A DNA stretch of 64,000 bases from the human T2T-CHM13v2.0 reference genome, Homo sapiens (GCF_009914755.1 NC_060939.1), one strand, 5' to 3'; positions 37,921 through 54,595 are shown, counted from the stretch's first letter. Notes: a model not told the origin generated them from the sequence alone. A program made the numbers and translations.

Positions 37921-39689
37921 TGTGGGGTCCAGGCCCAGCCACCCCCTGGCAGATGCTGGTGGTACCAGACATGTCCTTTTCCTGCCGAGCGGGCAGGGCT
38001 GCTGGCAGCAGGCAGCTTTCACACTAATTGCCCACAGCCTTCTCCTCTGTGGCTCTGCGAGCAACAAGACAGCGAATGACCCGTGACTGGAAATCTCGAG
38101 GCCAGGCTTAGGCCTATTAGAAAAATATGGAACAATTATGAATGGCAGGAAAATTGTTTTTCTTTGTTTGCTTTGGCAGAGAGAAGAAAACCCTCCTGGA
38201 GCCTGGATTTAAGGTGGGGAGAAGACAGGGAGGAGACTGCAGTGTGTGCCAAGTGTCCTGGGAAAAGAACTCATGTTTTTTGTGGCCCTGCTAAGGCATG
38301 GTGCAAGACACCTTCATCGATGCAGCAGGGGCTCCCCAAGCACCTTCTGCACACCTAGCGCTGATCTGGGGGCAGGGACACAGCCAGACTGTCTGCCCCA
38401 AATCTGGGTTAGTCCAAAGTTGGAGCAGACAGACAAGGTCCCTGCCCCCAGGGAGGAGGAAAGGTAAGATGAATGAAAGCAAACAATAAGGAAGAATCTC
38501 AGCGATGACTGCTATGAGAAAGTGGAGCCAGGTGAGCTGTGAGGGAGGGGCATGCCCTAGGGGCTGGCGGGGGGTACCTGAGAGAGGAGATCTAGCCTGC
38601 CATTCCAAATGGGAAGAGCATTTTGGGTGGCAGGAACTCTGCCAGAATGCTCACCTGCACCCTGGCCTCTTGGCCTCACCCGAAGCCTAGGCTCTGAATT
38701 TTGTTTTCCCCATTGTACAGGCAAGGAGACTGAGGCTTAGAGAGAGAAAGTGCTTTGCGCAAGGCCCAGGGCAGTGGGAGGATTGGAGCCAGCACTCTAA
38801 GGACTGCAGTCCTTTCTGCGTTCTAATCTTTGTGCCTTGGATCCAGACCAAATGATCGGGTAATTGACACGTCACTTCTTCCCAGGCCCAGTGAAGGGGG
38901 AAAGTTGGTGTGACGTTTTCCAGATCCTCCGCAGGAATGGCCCACAAGACCCAGAGCCTGGCAAACTGCATGGGCAGTGCCCAAAATTGCCACCCCAGGA
39001 GCAGAGGCCACTGATGTGCAGCAGTTCAAATGTTGCCCTAGAAGGTGCTTCTCCAGGACTTCCCCTGCGAGCCTGTGTGGCAGGAAGCAAGACAGGATAA
39101 GGGCAGGTGTCTGTCTGCCTGAGCAGCATAAACCGGGGAACCTTCCGCCGTGCACAGACCTGTCTACTGGAGGGCTCCTGGCTCAAAGACGGACTGGCCA
39201 GGATCCCAGGGGATCCCCCAGCACCTAGTCTCTGTGGTCTGAGAGGTACAGGAATATTTGGGAGTGGTGAGTTCCCCCTCCCTGGAGGTGACCAAGCCCA
39301 AGCTGAAGGGGAACCCTGCATAGTTAATGGCCACCCTCAGCCCTCCAGCCCCTTTTATGGGGTTAGTCCAGAGTTGGAAGCATGTGAGCCCACAGGGCAT
39401 GGAAATGTGCAGAGGGCTCTGCAGACCTGTGGGATTCACACTGACGATTAGGTGATGGGACCCTGGGGAAGTGCTGGGATCCACGGCCAGAGATCTCCTG
39501 ACCAGTTTCTGATAACTTATTTATCCAAGGACAGCATGTCCTGTTACAACATAATTCCACCAAAAAAAAAAAAACCTTTTAACATTCCTTATGCTAATGA
39601 AGAAAACCTAATGTATAGATAATAATTTATTTATTCAGAAACATTGTATCACTATTTTAAGTTGAATTACCACAAGAACAGTTTAACAC

Positions 39690-39820
39690 CTAAGTGGCAT
39701 CCGTGGACCAGCAGCATGGACATCACCTGGGAGCTTGCAGAAAGATTCTCAAGTCCTACTCTGGACCTTGAATCAGAATTTGTGCCTTAGCAAGATCTTC
39801 AGGTAATTTATATGTACACG
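39690..39820. mobile_element. MER5A fragment
   Basis: ggaccagcagcatggacatcacctgggagcttg...tgaatcagaatttgtgccttagcaagatcttcaggtaatt. Confidence 0.75.
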
Positions 39821-40150
39821 GAAAAGAATCAAAAGGAGGTATAATCATGACTCTCATACAGATATAGAATGAGCCTGGATCAAAAGTTTTATTTCACTCA
39901 TTCATTAATGAGGAAACCACTAAGATGTTACAATCAATTCAAAGGAGAATGCAAAAGTAGACACATAATATAGGTCATCAGGAATCTGAAGTGAATTTAC
40001 AAACAGATGCAAAACTGGCAAAAAAAAAAAATCTATAGGGCAATAATCAGTTGCATTGCATTGGACATAATTTATATTTATATGGACAAGAATCATTTGC
40101 ATTACCATCAGTTTTTTACAATTTGCAGAATTGTAAAATAGCTCAGATAA
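39820..40150 (+). mobile_element. Very old L1 ORF2 (reverse transcriptase region) remnant
   Basis: aatcatgactctcatacagatatagaa and aatcagttgcattg...tttacaatttgca resemble L1 ORF2 segments; not translatable. Confidence 0.45.
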
Positions 40151-40934
40151 TGAAAGACTGAGAAAAAACAAAACTCCCAGAAGGGTACGCTGGGACATCC
40201 AGTAGTCTATCTCTTTCCCTTTCTTTTTTCCCACCATTTTAGTCTTTTACAGTTTTTCTTGACACGCATTACAGCTTGTTAAGCACCTCTTAGATCACTT
40301 CTGGTCTCTGGCGTGCCTGAACACAGAGAGTTTCTCCAGACCAGGACTAGAGCAAACTTTTGAGTAAATCCCAGTGCCTGTCATGCTCTGCTTGGGAATG
40401 AGCCTGGGGGTGGGTGTGGGGCAGGGGCAGGCCAGGCCTACTGACCTGGTAAATTCTCATTTGTCTGAATCCATTACTACTATTACTATTGCACGCTGGG
40501 CCCAGGTGGAACTTTCATTCAAGATGCTATCAGAACATCTGAAAGGACAGAGACTCAGGTCTTCACTGAGCTTATGCAGTGTGTCTGGCTGTTTGGGACT
40601 GCTTGCAGTAATTGCCAGGACATGAAACTTGATTTTGTCTGTGCTTTGATATCACAGTGCCTGGTGTTGTGCCTGTAGGGGAAGATCCAAGCTCTCAATG
40701 GCCCCTTAATTATTGGTTATCAGTATTTATCAAAAGGAACTACTAGTTGTGAATAAGCAGAGTGGCTTAGGGGGCTGGAGAATGAGCGACTGGTTAGGAC
40801 CCTCATGTCTGGTCTGGGTCGTTGCTTTTCTGGGGCAGTCCACCATGCAGGTTTAGAAGTAGACCCGGTATCAGACAGGTCTGGGGTTGAATCCCGGCTC
40901 TGCTCGTCTCTGGCTGTGTAACCGGACTGCTTGT

Positions 40935-41290
40935 TTAACCCCTGCTGGGTGCCAAGCATGGGGCCAGGAGTTGTGAGCAACCCAGTGGACACAATGGACA
41001 TGAGGCTCGTAGTGTAGCAGGGAAAAGACATGAAACAAAACATCACACATGTTGTTTTGTAAGTTACCATCGTAGTAAGTGCCACAGAGGAAACATCTAC
41101 TGTGCAAAGGAGCGTGCAATGGGAAGACCTTTCCTTGTCTAAAGAGTCAAAAGACATCCCAGGGAAAGCTTAGACTTAAGAGTGAGTTGCAGATGAGGTT
41201 GTTCAGCAGGCAGAGGAAACAGTAGTTGCAAAGGCCCTGGGGCGGGAAGGGTTGGTCTGCTCAAGTGATGCAAAGAAGGCTCCTGGGAGT
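40935..41290 (-). mobile_element. L2 fragment
   Basis: ctgctgggtgccaagc...cagcaggcagaggaaacagtagttgcaaaggccctgggg. Confidence 0.7.
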
Positions 41291-41465
41291 GGTGGCTCTC
41301 AATTGTTTGTGGGCTTAAGAATATTGGTTAAAATGTACTTTCTTGAATCCTACCTCCAGAAATTCTGATTCCACAGGTCTAGGGTGCAGCCCAGGGATCT
41401 GCATTTTTAATAAGCATTCCAAGAAATTTAGAGAAAAATATTTCTTAGAGCCACATGTTGAGAAA
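41290..41465. mobile_element. MER5 hAT MITE
   Basis: cagaaattctgattccacaggtctagggtgcagcccagggatctgcatttttaataagc. Confidence 0.75.
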
Positions 41466-42173
41466 TATTAGGTTAAAGCCTAATGAGAATGGCACAAAAT
41501 AAGGTGAGTCATTTAACTTCTCTAAGCAGCTCTTAGCTAAAGTATAACATAGGAGACAGGAGTTACAGGGTGGCAGGAAGATTGAAGGAGAGAAGCCACA
41601 CACAGCATCTAGCATAGGGCCTAGCAGGCAGCGGGTGCTCAGCAAACCCCTGCACGTGTATTACTGCCCTTCCCAAGTCAAGCCTATGGAACCCTCGAGG
41701 TGTGAAGAAATGAGCACAAGGCCAGGAGTCAGGCAGCCCATGTTCTAGCCTCAGCCAGGGGCCACTGACTTGCCACCCCACCTTGGGCAAGACCCTTTCC
41801 CTCACTGGGCCAGTTTCCCCACTGTAAAGGGAGAGAATGTGATTAGGTGACTCCTACCCCTTACCTATCCATCCTCCCATCTTGAATTCTCATGCCTTGC
41901 CACCCAGGGCTCCCTCACCAAATTCAGTAGTCCTCAGCCAGGCTGCCCATTAGAGCCACCAAGAGGGCTTTTTCAAACGCCAGTGAAATCAGGAACTCTT
42001 GGGGGTGGATCCCAGTGTTGGTAACTGTTTTAGCTACCCAGGCAAATCTAATAAGAACCAGCACTCTCATTTCTCAAGTATCCCTCTTGTCCATAAGAGT
42101 AAAAAGGGGCTCGGAGGAAACATCCTGCTCCTCAATTCTGACCTGAAATCTCAGGAAGAATCCAAGCCAGTAG

Positions 42174-42509
<336 letters not shown>

Positions 42510-42879
42510 TAAACTCTGTTTTTTAATATCGTTTTAAATATAAATTTAAAAAACATTGTTAAAGTAAAAATCCATATTTAAACAAAATCAAACAATAAAA
42601 AGTGGCTTCTCACTCACCCCTGCCATCTCTGAAGGCCACTATATTTGGATTAATCAACTTTATTGAGGAATCATTTATATACCATAAAATGTACACATTT
42701 AAATTATAGAGTTGGGTGAGTTTTGACAAATGTCTGCTGCTGTGCTCCCACCCCCGGTGAGACATCACTGTTCACAGTTTTTGTTTTTCTTCCTTTGGTG
42801 GTTTTTTCTCCTCTGGTGTTTTTTCCATGTCATGTGTTAATACTGATGTTTTTCATTTATCAACTTTAGATCAGGTAGC

Positions 42880-43000
42880 AGATAATTAATCCTTCAACCA
42901 GGAAACTGTTGAAAGTGAAAAGAGACAGAACTAATAATCACAGGACAACAGTATAAAATAAGCCTGTCCTGGGCAACTCAGGGTGTGCAGTCAACCTCAC
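42880..43000. mobile_element. hAT-Blackjack (MER94/MER81-like) fragment
   Basis: ctgtcctgggcaactcagggtgtgcagtcaacct resembles a Blackjack terminus. Confidence 0.45.
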
Positions 43001-43525
43001 ATCATCCATTTATGACCAGCCACGGTGGAGAAGGACTTAATTCATACGCCCCATCTCTAGCTCCCTTCCTCTGCCCAATGTGTGCTACTTTTGTACCTAT
43101 TTTAATGTCTCTATTGTTTAACTTTGCATATGTAAATAATATTTCTGGGCCTCTATTTCTGGAGCCATTCGGTAAGATAAGAATATTAGTATTCCTATTT
43201 TCCCCCCATCTTTGTCCACCTCTATCTCCCAATTTCTTATTTCTTTCATCTTTGTCTTCTATTTTGTCCTTATTATTAAGCCTTTCCTATTTTGTCTATG
43301 AAAATGAGGCTCAGTGTTTATGTTGTTGATTATGTGACTTTGTTCCCCAAGGAGTGTATTGTGAGTGATCATAGTTCCTTCTCTATGGTTACAATATCAT
43401 TACTCCTGTGCCTCTAATAATCAAATGCTTCCAGCATCAACAGTAAGAGAATTGTCCTTTCTTACTCTCTACCAAGTCTTCCAAATCACGTCAAATTTTA
43501 GTTTGCTTTATATTTGAACCATTAA

Positions 43526-43742
<217 letters not shown>

Positions 43743-44229
43743 CATTAACTTCTTATCAAAGGTTTTTTTCTTCCTCCTTCTCTTTTGGTGTTTCTGATTA
43801 TTTCATTTGCTTTGGAAAGAAGCACAGGCCTCTTCACCATATTCCTAATATCTTCCAGCCTCTTTTTGTATATTTCTCAGAATCTATTCCTCTCTTCTTT
43901 CCTGACATTCTACTGGGTCCCTGATTCTCTATTCTTGTTTGTTCAAAGGGTTTCCTGGACCTGCTGCACACAGGTCATTCTGGAATTCCTTTACATTATT
44001 AGATCCTTGAGTTAATTCTACCAGTTTTTATCCTGTAACATTCTTCCTCATGGTTTCTAAGCTGAAATATACATTCAATAACTTCTCAGAAAGGAAGCAT
44101 GAGAAGTAAATTTCTGAGTCCTGGAATGGCTGAATATAACTTTTTTTTTTTCCTTTACCCTTGACTGATAGTTTGGCTGTCTGTAGAATTCTAGGTTCAA
44201 AGCCATTTAGACTTAGCACTTAGAGATGG

Positions 44230-44478
44230 AATATAGTGATGAGGTTAAAATCCGATCTCTGGCATGAGGCTGCCAGGGTTTAAATTTTAACTTTACATTT
44301 CCTAGAACCCAGCAAGTCACTTAATCTCTCTGTGCCTCGGTTTTCTCATAAATAAGCTAAGATAAAAATAGTACCTACCTCATGGAGTTGTGATGAGGAT
44401 TAACCAGTTTACATATGTAAAATGCTTAGAACAGTGCCTGCACATCGTGGGCGTCATGTTAAGTGTTGGCTATTATTC
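44230..44478 (+). mobile_element. MIR SINE, near full length
   Basis: gcaagtcacttaatctctctgtgcctcggttttctcat...gtaaaatgcttagaacagtgcctg. Confidence 0.88.
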
Positions 44479-45317
44479 TCTGGGCCTCTATCGTTGCTAT
44501 AGAGTATTATGATGTCACCCTTATTCCGGTTTATTTGTCAGAGTCAATGTTCTGGTTTTTGTGAGCTGATGTTCTAGTTTCCATAGAAATATCCAGGATC
44601 TGCTTTAATCTTTAATATTCTTAAATTGCTCAATTCTATATCTGCTTGATATTCTCTTAGCTCTTTCAATTTAAAGACTCGGTGTCCCTTTTTGGCTCTG
44701 GGGACTTTTAAAATGTAATTATTTCTGCAATAATTCCCTCCCCTCCATCTTCTTTCTTTTCTTGTTCTGGAACTCCTACTCTTAGTTGGATATTGGGCCT
44801 CCTGAATTGATCCTGTTTGAATATTTTTTTCCTCCCATACTTTATGCCATTGTCTCCATGTTCTGGGAGATTTTCTTAACTTTGCATTTCAAGCTTTCAA
44901 TTGATTTTTTAAAATAATTTTTAGCAATAATCATTTCCAGGAGCTCCTTCTCATTTGCTGATTGCTTCTTTTCTGTGGCACTTTCTTTGGGCTTTTGGAG
45001 CATTGCTACTCCAGCCTTCCTGTCAGCTTGTGGGGACCCCAGAGATGTTTCTGCAGAATTCTTGGGCTTTTGGAAATAAGATTTGAAAATCTCTGACCTA
45101 TGCATTTGATCAAAAAACTTTATGGGTTTATTGGGCCATTACCAAGATGAATGAGTTATAATCTATAATCTCAGCCCTCAACAAACTACTCTGATGCACA
45201 GACAAACATGGAAAGAAATAATGACAATAGGACAGGTGCACAAGAGGTCCTTCCAGAGGGAAAATAACCAACAGCCTGTTGGAGATCAAGAAAGAGAAAG
45301 CCCTTGAACTCTTCTTA

Positions 45318-46218
45318 AAGTAGTGTGCAGGAGAAGCTCATACGGGTTCATGAACGGACTGGTAAAATTTCAGGAATTTCGTGAGCTGGTTGTCAAACAG
45401 TTATTAAAAATTAACTTAGGCAAATTTACAATTAAATACATTATAACAAAAACAAAGCTAATGAATGCCAAAAATTCATCACTTCCTATTTATCCCATCT
45501 TTCAATTACCTATGCTGTTGAGGTTGTTTACATCTATTGTATATGTATGGCAGAAATACCATATGAAGGTGCGCTACTGAGCATCTCTGTTCAACACCTC
45601 CTGCAGTAACTCATGTTGGTGGCTTGAAATCAGCGATGGTGGGAATATTTACATCAAACAAATTGACAAATGCTACAAATCAGAGCCTGATTATTGTTTT
45701 GTTGATAGTCTAGAGTTAAGAAAATAATGGAGAAAATGTTAATGTAGATTATACTTAAAAGTATGTTGTGCTGGTAGCCTTTAATTGTAAATAGCATGAA
45801 AAAGAATTGAGGACATATTCTTCCAATATTCAAAAACTATTCTTTAATTCAGCAAATAAGTCACTTGTGTCATTGCCAAATGAATGAAATTCATGCCTCC
45901 ATTGCTCCATTCCTATCAAACTTATTAATGTAAAAGAAAACAGCAAACATTCACACAGGAACTATACTTATTTGGTAATTGTAATAATAATTTAACTATA
46001 GATACAAAAGTTTAGGAAGTATCAACAAAAGCATCCTGTGAGAATCAATTTACTAGATAAAATTGATAATAAAAAATACGTATATTTTATCATTAGTTGT
46101 AAATTGTGTGCTACAATCCTTGATGGCAATAAACTTTATATTAACTTATGTGTGTATATATGTATACATATATTTGTTTCTGGAGAACCAGTTGATAACA
46201 CTTACCAGCACACCACGG
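45318..46218. mobile_element. Arthur1-like hAT-Tip100 DNA transposon fossil (~900 bp)
   Basis: Termini aagtagtgtgcaggag... and ...ggagaaccagttgataacacttaccagcacaccacgg resemble CAGTGGTGTGCTGG TIRs; AT-rich interior. Confidence 0.7.
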
Positions 46219-46221
46219 AGA

Positions 46222-46350
46222 ATAGTGGAGCGTGCCCAGGCCTGTAATCAGACAAACCTGGGCTGGAGTTCCAGTGCGTTCATTTATAAGCTGTGTGACC
46301 TTGGGCAAGTTATTTTACCTTTCTAAGTCTCATCAATAAAATGAAACTGT
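46222..46350 (+). mobile_element. MIR SINE
   Basis: agctgtgtgaccttgggcaagttattttacc. Confidence 0.8.
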
Positions 46351-46490
46351 GGATGCAATGTGCTAATATTGATTAAAAAATAGTATGTTGCAGAGGTTAA
46401 GAATTCATGCTCAGAGATTGGGCTGCCTCCATTTGAACCCTGGCTCCCCGCTTACTAATTGTGTCACACTGGCCCAGTTGCTGTTAGATG

Positions 46491-46877
46491 GTATATTAGT
46501 CAATGTTCTATCTGAGAAAGAGAGCCAGTAGTAGATGATATACATCAAGGAATTGGCTTATATAATCACGGGTTCTAGCAAATCTGGTCTGTAGGGCAGG
46601 CCATCGGGCTGGAAACTCTTGAGCAGAAGCTAATGCTATGGGTCACAGGTGGAGTTTCTTCCTCCTCAGGAAAACCTCAATTTTGCTCTTAAGGCCTTTC
46701 AACTGATTGGATCAGGCCCACCTAGATTACAGATGATAAACTCTTTTACTTAAAGTCAAGTAATTGTAGGTGTTAACCATGTCTACAAAATCCTTCACAG
46801 CAACGCCTAGATTAGTGTTTGACTGAGTAACTGTGGACTCTAGCCTGGCCACGTCAACACATAACACTAGCCTCACA
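46491..46877 (-). mobile_element. MLT2-family (ERVL) solo LTR inserted into a MIR
   Basis: tattagtcaatgttc...aaggaattggcttat...gcctagattagtgtttgactg...cacataacactagcctcaca; MIR halves at about 46380-46490 and 46880-46985. Confidence 0.85.
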
Positions 46878-47959
46878 GATAGGAATAGTGAAAGCAAACA
46901 CTTTATGGGGTTCTTACAAGGATAGAATAGAGCAGTACTCAGAAACCACTCAGATAGCACCTGGCCCGAGTAAGTGCTCATTAAGCTACAAACCTCTGTT
47001 CTCGCTAGAACTAAAGCTTGCTTCCCAGGCAGCCACGGCACAAGGAAGGGCCAGGGACCCTGCATAGGAAGGTCTGGTTGGAGCCCCAGCACATCACTGA
47101 CTGGCTGTGGAGATGGCTGCCTGAGGCCTTGCCCAGAGGAAGCTGAGAGAGAAGAGATGGAAGAGAGCCCACGGCTCTGGGACCCAGCAGAGCACATTCA
47201 GATGGAAACCAGCTATGACTGGGTGACACCTCTCAGGGCTCCTTGCGGGGCAGGACTGTCTGGCTTAGTGGTGAGAGACTCATGGCCGGAAGATGAAGTG
47301 GTTACAGGTGTCAGACAGGAGGGCTTGCCGACGGCGGGTGGCTGTGGTGCATGTTTCATTAGCTGCTGACTGAGGATTTCTGTTGCTTTCATTTGCTGCC
47401 TCAGCCAGTAGCTAGGTTTAAAATAAACTTCAGGAGATCAAACTCAAATCCCCAAACCAGCATCCCTAGGCCCCAGGCAGGCCTCTGGCACAACCATACA
47501 ATCTGCAGAGTTTATCTCAGGCAGCTCCAATAGATGTCACCTTAAATGTCCCACTCCCCTCCCTTTGAGCCCTCTCCTCCAGCTCTGAGACCTCTGGCTC
47601 TTCCTTAGATTCCCTCCTCAAGTCTCTGTCCCAGCAAGCCCCATTCCCTCTGGGGCCTGCTCCCAGCTGCTAGCCTTCCTTACACCTGCTCAGCCTCTCA
47701 CAGCAGAGCTGCGCAGACCTAAGAGGGCAATAGACAGAATTGACTGCTCTTGGTTCATGGCTTAAGGTGTCACCACTCCCAAGAAGATCTGGGGGCCCAG
47801 GAGAGAAGCCTGCCAGAAGAAGGGAGTCATATCGCTCAGTGGGGGGATGCCTGACCCCTGAGCCTCTGTGCAAGGCAAGACTCGAGCACAAAACACACTT
47901 GCACACAAGTGTCAGTCTCCTAGGAACTACCAGAGCTGGGAAGAGCCCAGAGCCATCTT

Positions 47960-48045
47960 GCCTCACTCTTGTCATTTTCACAGATGAGGAAAGCAAAGCT
48001 CAGGGAAGCGAAATGACCTGCCCTCCCTCTCACAGCTAGGAAGCC
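47960..48045 (-). mobile_element. MIR core
   Basis: cattttcacagatgaggaaagcaaagctcaggga. Confidence 0.75.
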
Positions 48046-48879
48046 ACTGGGTAACTGAGCCCACATCCAATTTCCTGGGGCGTGGAACTCGCCCTGCCAC
48101 AGTCAGCAAATGAGCAGGGGCAGCTTCCCAAGGCAGGGAACCACCAAGAATTCCAAGCAGGCCACACAAATCTCTGATTCCTGCCTTCCCTGGGCAGCCC
48201 CACCCTGGCCCTGACCTGGTGGCCTTGGCAGCCTCCTGGCCAACCCTGCTTTCTAACTCGGAGCTGAACAGGCTGGGCCTCCAATCACTCCAGACGCATG
48301 AGGACTGAGCAGTTTTACTCTGGTTTGCCAGGGCATGGGGGAGTTGGAGCCAAGCTGTGCCCCTCCAGGGACAGATGGCCAACCTGGGAGGGCACTGCTG
48401 AGGCCAGTCAGATAAGTCCTGCCTATGGTAACCTCAGGCCTCACCTGCTTTTCACCTGGCTGCCTCACCAGCCCCACCACCCACTCACTGTGTCCTCTCC
48501 AATGGGACCTACCCTATACCCCAAGCCATGCTGTGGCTTTAAACATGCAGCCATGGCTCCCTTGGTCTGCAGCCTATTATTTCACTAACCCTCCAGCTTT
48601 CCTTTTCAGGTCACTAAATTCAGTGGTGCTGCCCCCATGCCAACTCCCACCTCTAGTTCCAATAGCACTTTATCTATTCTTCATAGTAGTTTTTGGTGTA
48701 TTGTTTTAGTTTACACTTTCTGTTCTTTTAGACTGTGAGCTACTAGTCTCATATGGTTCTATTTATCATTGAATGCCAGAATCTAGCTGGGTGTTTCTGG
48801 TACCAGCTGTGCTCAAGATACTGTTTTGTGAGTAAGAAAAAGGATGGACAGAGGGTAGATGGATGTTGAATAAATGAAT

Positions 48880-50390
48880 TGATGGATGATTGTTGGATAG
48901 CTGGATGCAAGGATAACAGAATGATGCAGAATAGATAGATGGGTGGATAGATGTTGGATCAAAGCATGGATGGATGGATGGATGGATGGATATAAAGATG
49001 AAAGTGCAGATGAGTAGATGGGTGGATATGAGATGAATGGGTAGATGAGTGGATGGATAGATAGATATGAGATGGATGGGTAGATGAGTGAATGGATGAA
49101 TATGAGACGGATGGATAGATGAGTGGGTGAGTGACTATGAGATGGATGGGTAGATAAGTGGTTGGATAGATATGAGTGGTTGGAGAGTGGTTGGATAGAT
49201 GAGGGGATGAGTGACTATGAGATGGATGGGCAGATGAATGGATGGATGGATGGATATGAGATGGAGGGGTAGATGAGTGGATGAGTGAATATGAGATGGA
49301 TGGGTAGATGAGTGGGTGGGTGGATAGGAAGTGGATGGGTAGCTAAGTGGATGAATGGATGGATGGATATAAGATGAACGGGTAGATGAGTGGAGGGGTG
49401 AATATGAGATGGACAGATAGATGAGTGGGTTGGTGGATATGAAGTGGAGGGGTAGATAAGTGGATGAATGGATGAATGGATATAAGATGAATGGGTAGAT
49501 GACCATGGATATGAGATGGATGGGCAGATGAATGGATGGGTAGATATGAAATGGATAGATAAATGTGTGAATGGGTGAATATGAAGTGGATGGGTAGATG
49601 AGTGGATGAACGGATGGATGGATCTAAGATGAATGGGTAGATGAGTGGGGGGTGAATATGAGATAGATAGGCAGATGAGTGGATGGGTGAATATGAGATG
49701 GATGGATAGATGAGTGGATGGGTGGATATGAAGTGGATGGGTAGATGAGTGGCTGAATGGATGGATGGATATAAGATGAATGGGTAGATGAGTGGAGTGG
49801 TGAACATGAGATGGGTGAGCAGATGAATGGATGGGTGGATATGAGATGGATAGATAAATGAGTGAATTGGTGGATATGAAGTGGTTGGGTAGATGAGTGG
49901 ATGAGTGAATATGAGATGGATGGGTAGATGAGTGGATGGGTGGATATGAGATGGATGGATAAATGAGTGAATGGGTGGATATGAAGTGGATGGGTAGATG
50001 AGTGGATGAATGGATGGATGATAAAAGATGGATGAGTAGATGAGTGGAGGGGTGAATATGAAATGGACAGATAGATGAGTGGGTGGGTGGATATGAAGTG
50101 GAGGGGTAGATGAATGGATGAATGGATATAAGATGAGTGGGTAGATGAGTGGAGGGGTGAATATTAGATGGATGGGCAGATGAATGAATGGGTGGATATG
50201 GGATGGATGGATAGATGCATGAATGGGTGGATATGAAGTGGATGGGTAGATGAGTGGATGAATGGAAAGATGGATATAAGATGAATGAGTAGATGACTAT
50301 AGGGTGAATATGAGATGAATGGGTAGATAAGTGAAGGGGTGAATATGAGATGGATAGGTAGATAAGTGGATAGGTGGATTAGTAAATGAG
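48880..50390 (+). repeat. Degenerate GGAT-derived minisatellite (~35-bp unit, ~1.4 kb)
   Basis: Unit like gatgagtggatgggtggatatgagatggatgggta repeated with variants; the + strand is almost C-free. Confidence 0.93.
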
Positions 50391-51109
50391 TAAGAGGACA
50401 ACCAAAGTGAACTTCTACCTCTGTTGAGCTTCTGTTTTCCCTGCTCATTTGAAGGCCTAGAGTATGACTTTACCATATGACGTTTCCAGAGTACCTCCCC
50501 ATTCCTCAGACCCTACTGAGCCACCTCTAAGAGAAGGCATAGCACAAAGTATTGGTACCACTTGATGAATGAGGAAGCTGAGATCTAGAGCTGTTAAGGC
50601 TTCTTTCTGTTCAAGGACACCCAGCTAGTGCAAAGCAGAGTGGAAATCAGACTGCTGGCTTCTCACCTCCACTCCACCGCAGGCCTCCATTGCCTGTCTC
50701 TGAGGACTGGACCTGGCCAAGTTGACCCCACACACCTGTCCCCACTGTGGCCCAGGCCCCCGTTTGGCGCCCAGTTGGCTGCATGTGCATCATGACTTGT
50801 GAGAGAGCGGTCAGCCCCACCTTTCCACACAGGCCCTGTCTGACTGGGTTCTTTGATTCCTCCAGGAAGGAAGTGTATTGAGAGAAAAATTAGGAGAGAT
50901 TAGACCCCTCCTCCCATCCCCACTGGACCAAAGCTGGCCCTGTAAGTCCATGGCTGCACTGAGGAGGCAGGCGCGGACACCACTGCACCTTTCTTCTCTA
51001 TCCCTTAACCTTGATGGCCATGTCCAGGCCTCACTGTGATCCTGCATGAGGGCAGCTCTAATGAGAAAGCCAATACAAAGCCATTTTGAATTACCCATTA
51101 GAGAAGTAC

Positions 51110-53545
<2,436 letters not shown>

Positions 53546-53589
53546 TCTAATGTTCACATTGCTACTGTTGGCCCTTAAAAGAAAGTTTT

Positions 53590-53920
53590 CATTTATTCAT
53601 CTGACAAATAGTTTCCTAGACCCCACTGGATGCTGAGCACTTGTCTAGGAGCTGGAAATAGATAAGACAGATATAGCAGGGCCCTGGCCCATGGAGGCTC
53701 CCACTCTGGGGTCAAGGTGTGGAGCAGAAAAAGAAACAGATGTTTTCAACACCATGCAGTCAATAGCAAAAAGAGGCAGAGATGGGCTGTGTGAGAACAC
53801 AGGAGTGAGGAAAATTGGCCAAAGTCTGAAGGACGAGTCTGCACCTGTGAGACGGGCAAGGGAATGAGGGCATTCCAAACAGAAGCAAGAGCCCATGCAA
53901 ATGTGCCTGAGTATTCAAAG
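53590..53920 (-). mobile_element. L2 fragment
   Basis: cattattcatctgacaaatagttt-like start...gataagacagatatagcagggccctggccc. Confidence 0.6.
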
Positions 53921-54074
53921 TTCATGGAAGCAAAGATTTGGAGGCCACAGGGCCCTGTGTGGTGGATGCTTTGGGGGATTCCTCGAAGTTGGGTTGGAAT
54001 CTTGGAAGGCACTCACTGGTTGTACAAATGCATAAATGATTATGTTTAACCAGTACAAATACATAAATGGTTAC

Positions 54075-54230
54075 ACGGACTAGATATTTAACCTTTCTCA
54101 GACTCAGTTTCTCATGGGCAAAATGAGCTCAGTAATACCTACTTCCCAGAGACTACAGGAGGATTAGAAATAATGTACATACAGCATCTAGAACAGTACT
54201 AGGGATGGAATTATGTGCTTGACAAACACT
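54075..54230 (+). mobile_element. MIR SINE
   Basis: atttaacctttctcagactcagtttctcatgggcaaaatgag. Confidence 0.8.
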
Positions 54231-54280
54231 AACTTTGGAAAATCAGGATGGAAAAACAGAGCACATTTAAAGATTGGCTT

Positions 54281-54562
54281 GGACCAGGCACAGTGGCTCA
54301 CACCTATAATACCAGCACTTTGGGAGGCCAAGGTGGGTGGGTCACGAGGTCAGGAGTTTGAGATCAGCCTGGCCAACATAGTGAAACCCCATCTCTACTA
54401 AAAAAATACAAAAATTGGCCAGGTGTAGTGGCGCATGTCTGTAGTCCCAGCTACTCAGGAGGCTGAGGCAGGAGAATCGCTTCAACCTGGGAGGTGGAGG
54501 TTGCAGCGAGACGAGATCGTGCTACCGCACTCCAGCCTGAGTGACAGAGTGAGACTCCATCT

Positions 54563-54592
<30 letters not shown>
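54281..54592 (+). mobile_element. Alu (AluSg-like), full length with a long pure poly(A)
   Basis: TSD aaagattggctt at 54269-54280 and 54591-54602. Confidence 0.96.
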
Positions 54593-54595
<3 letters not shown>

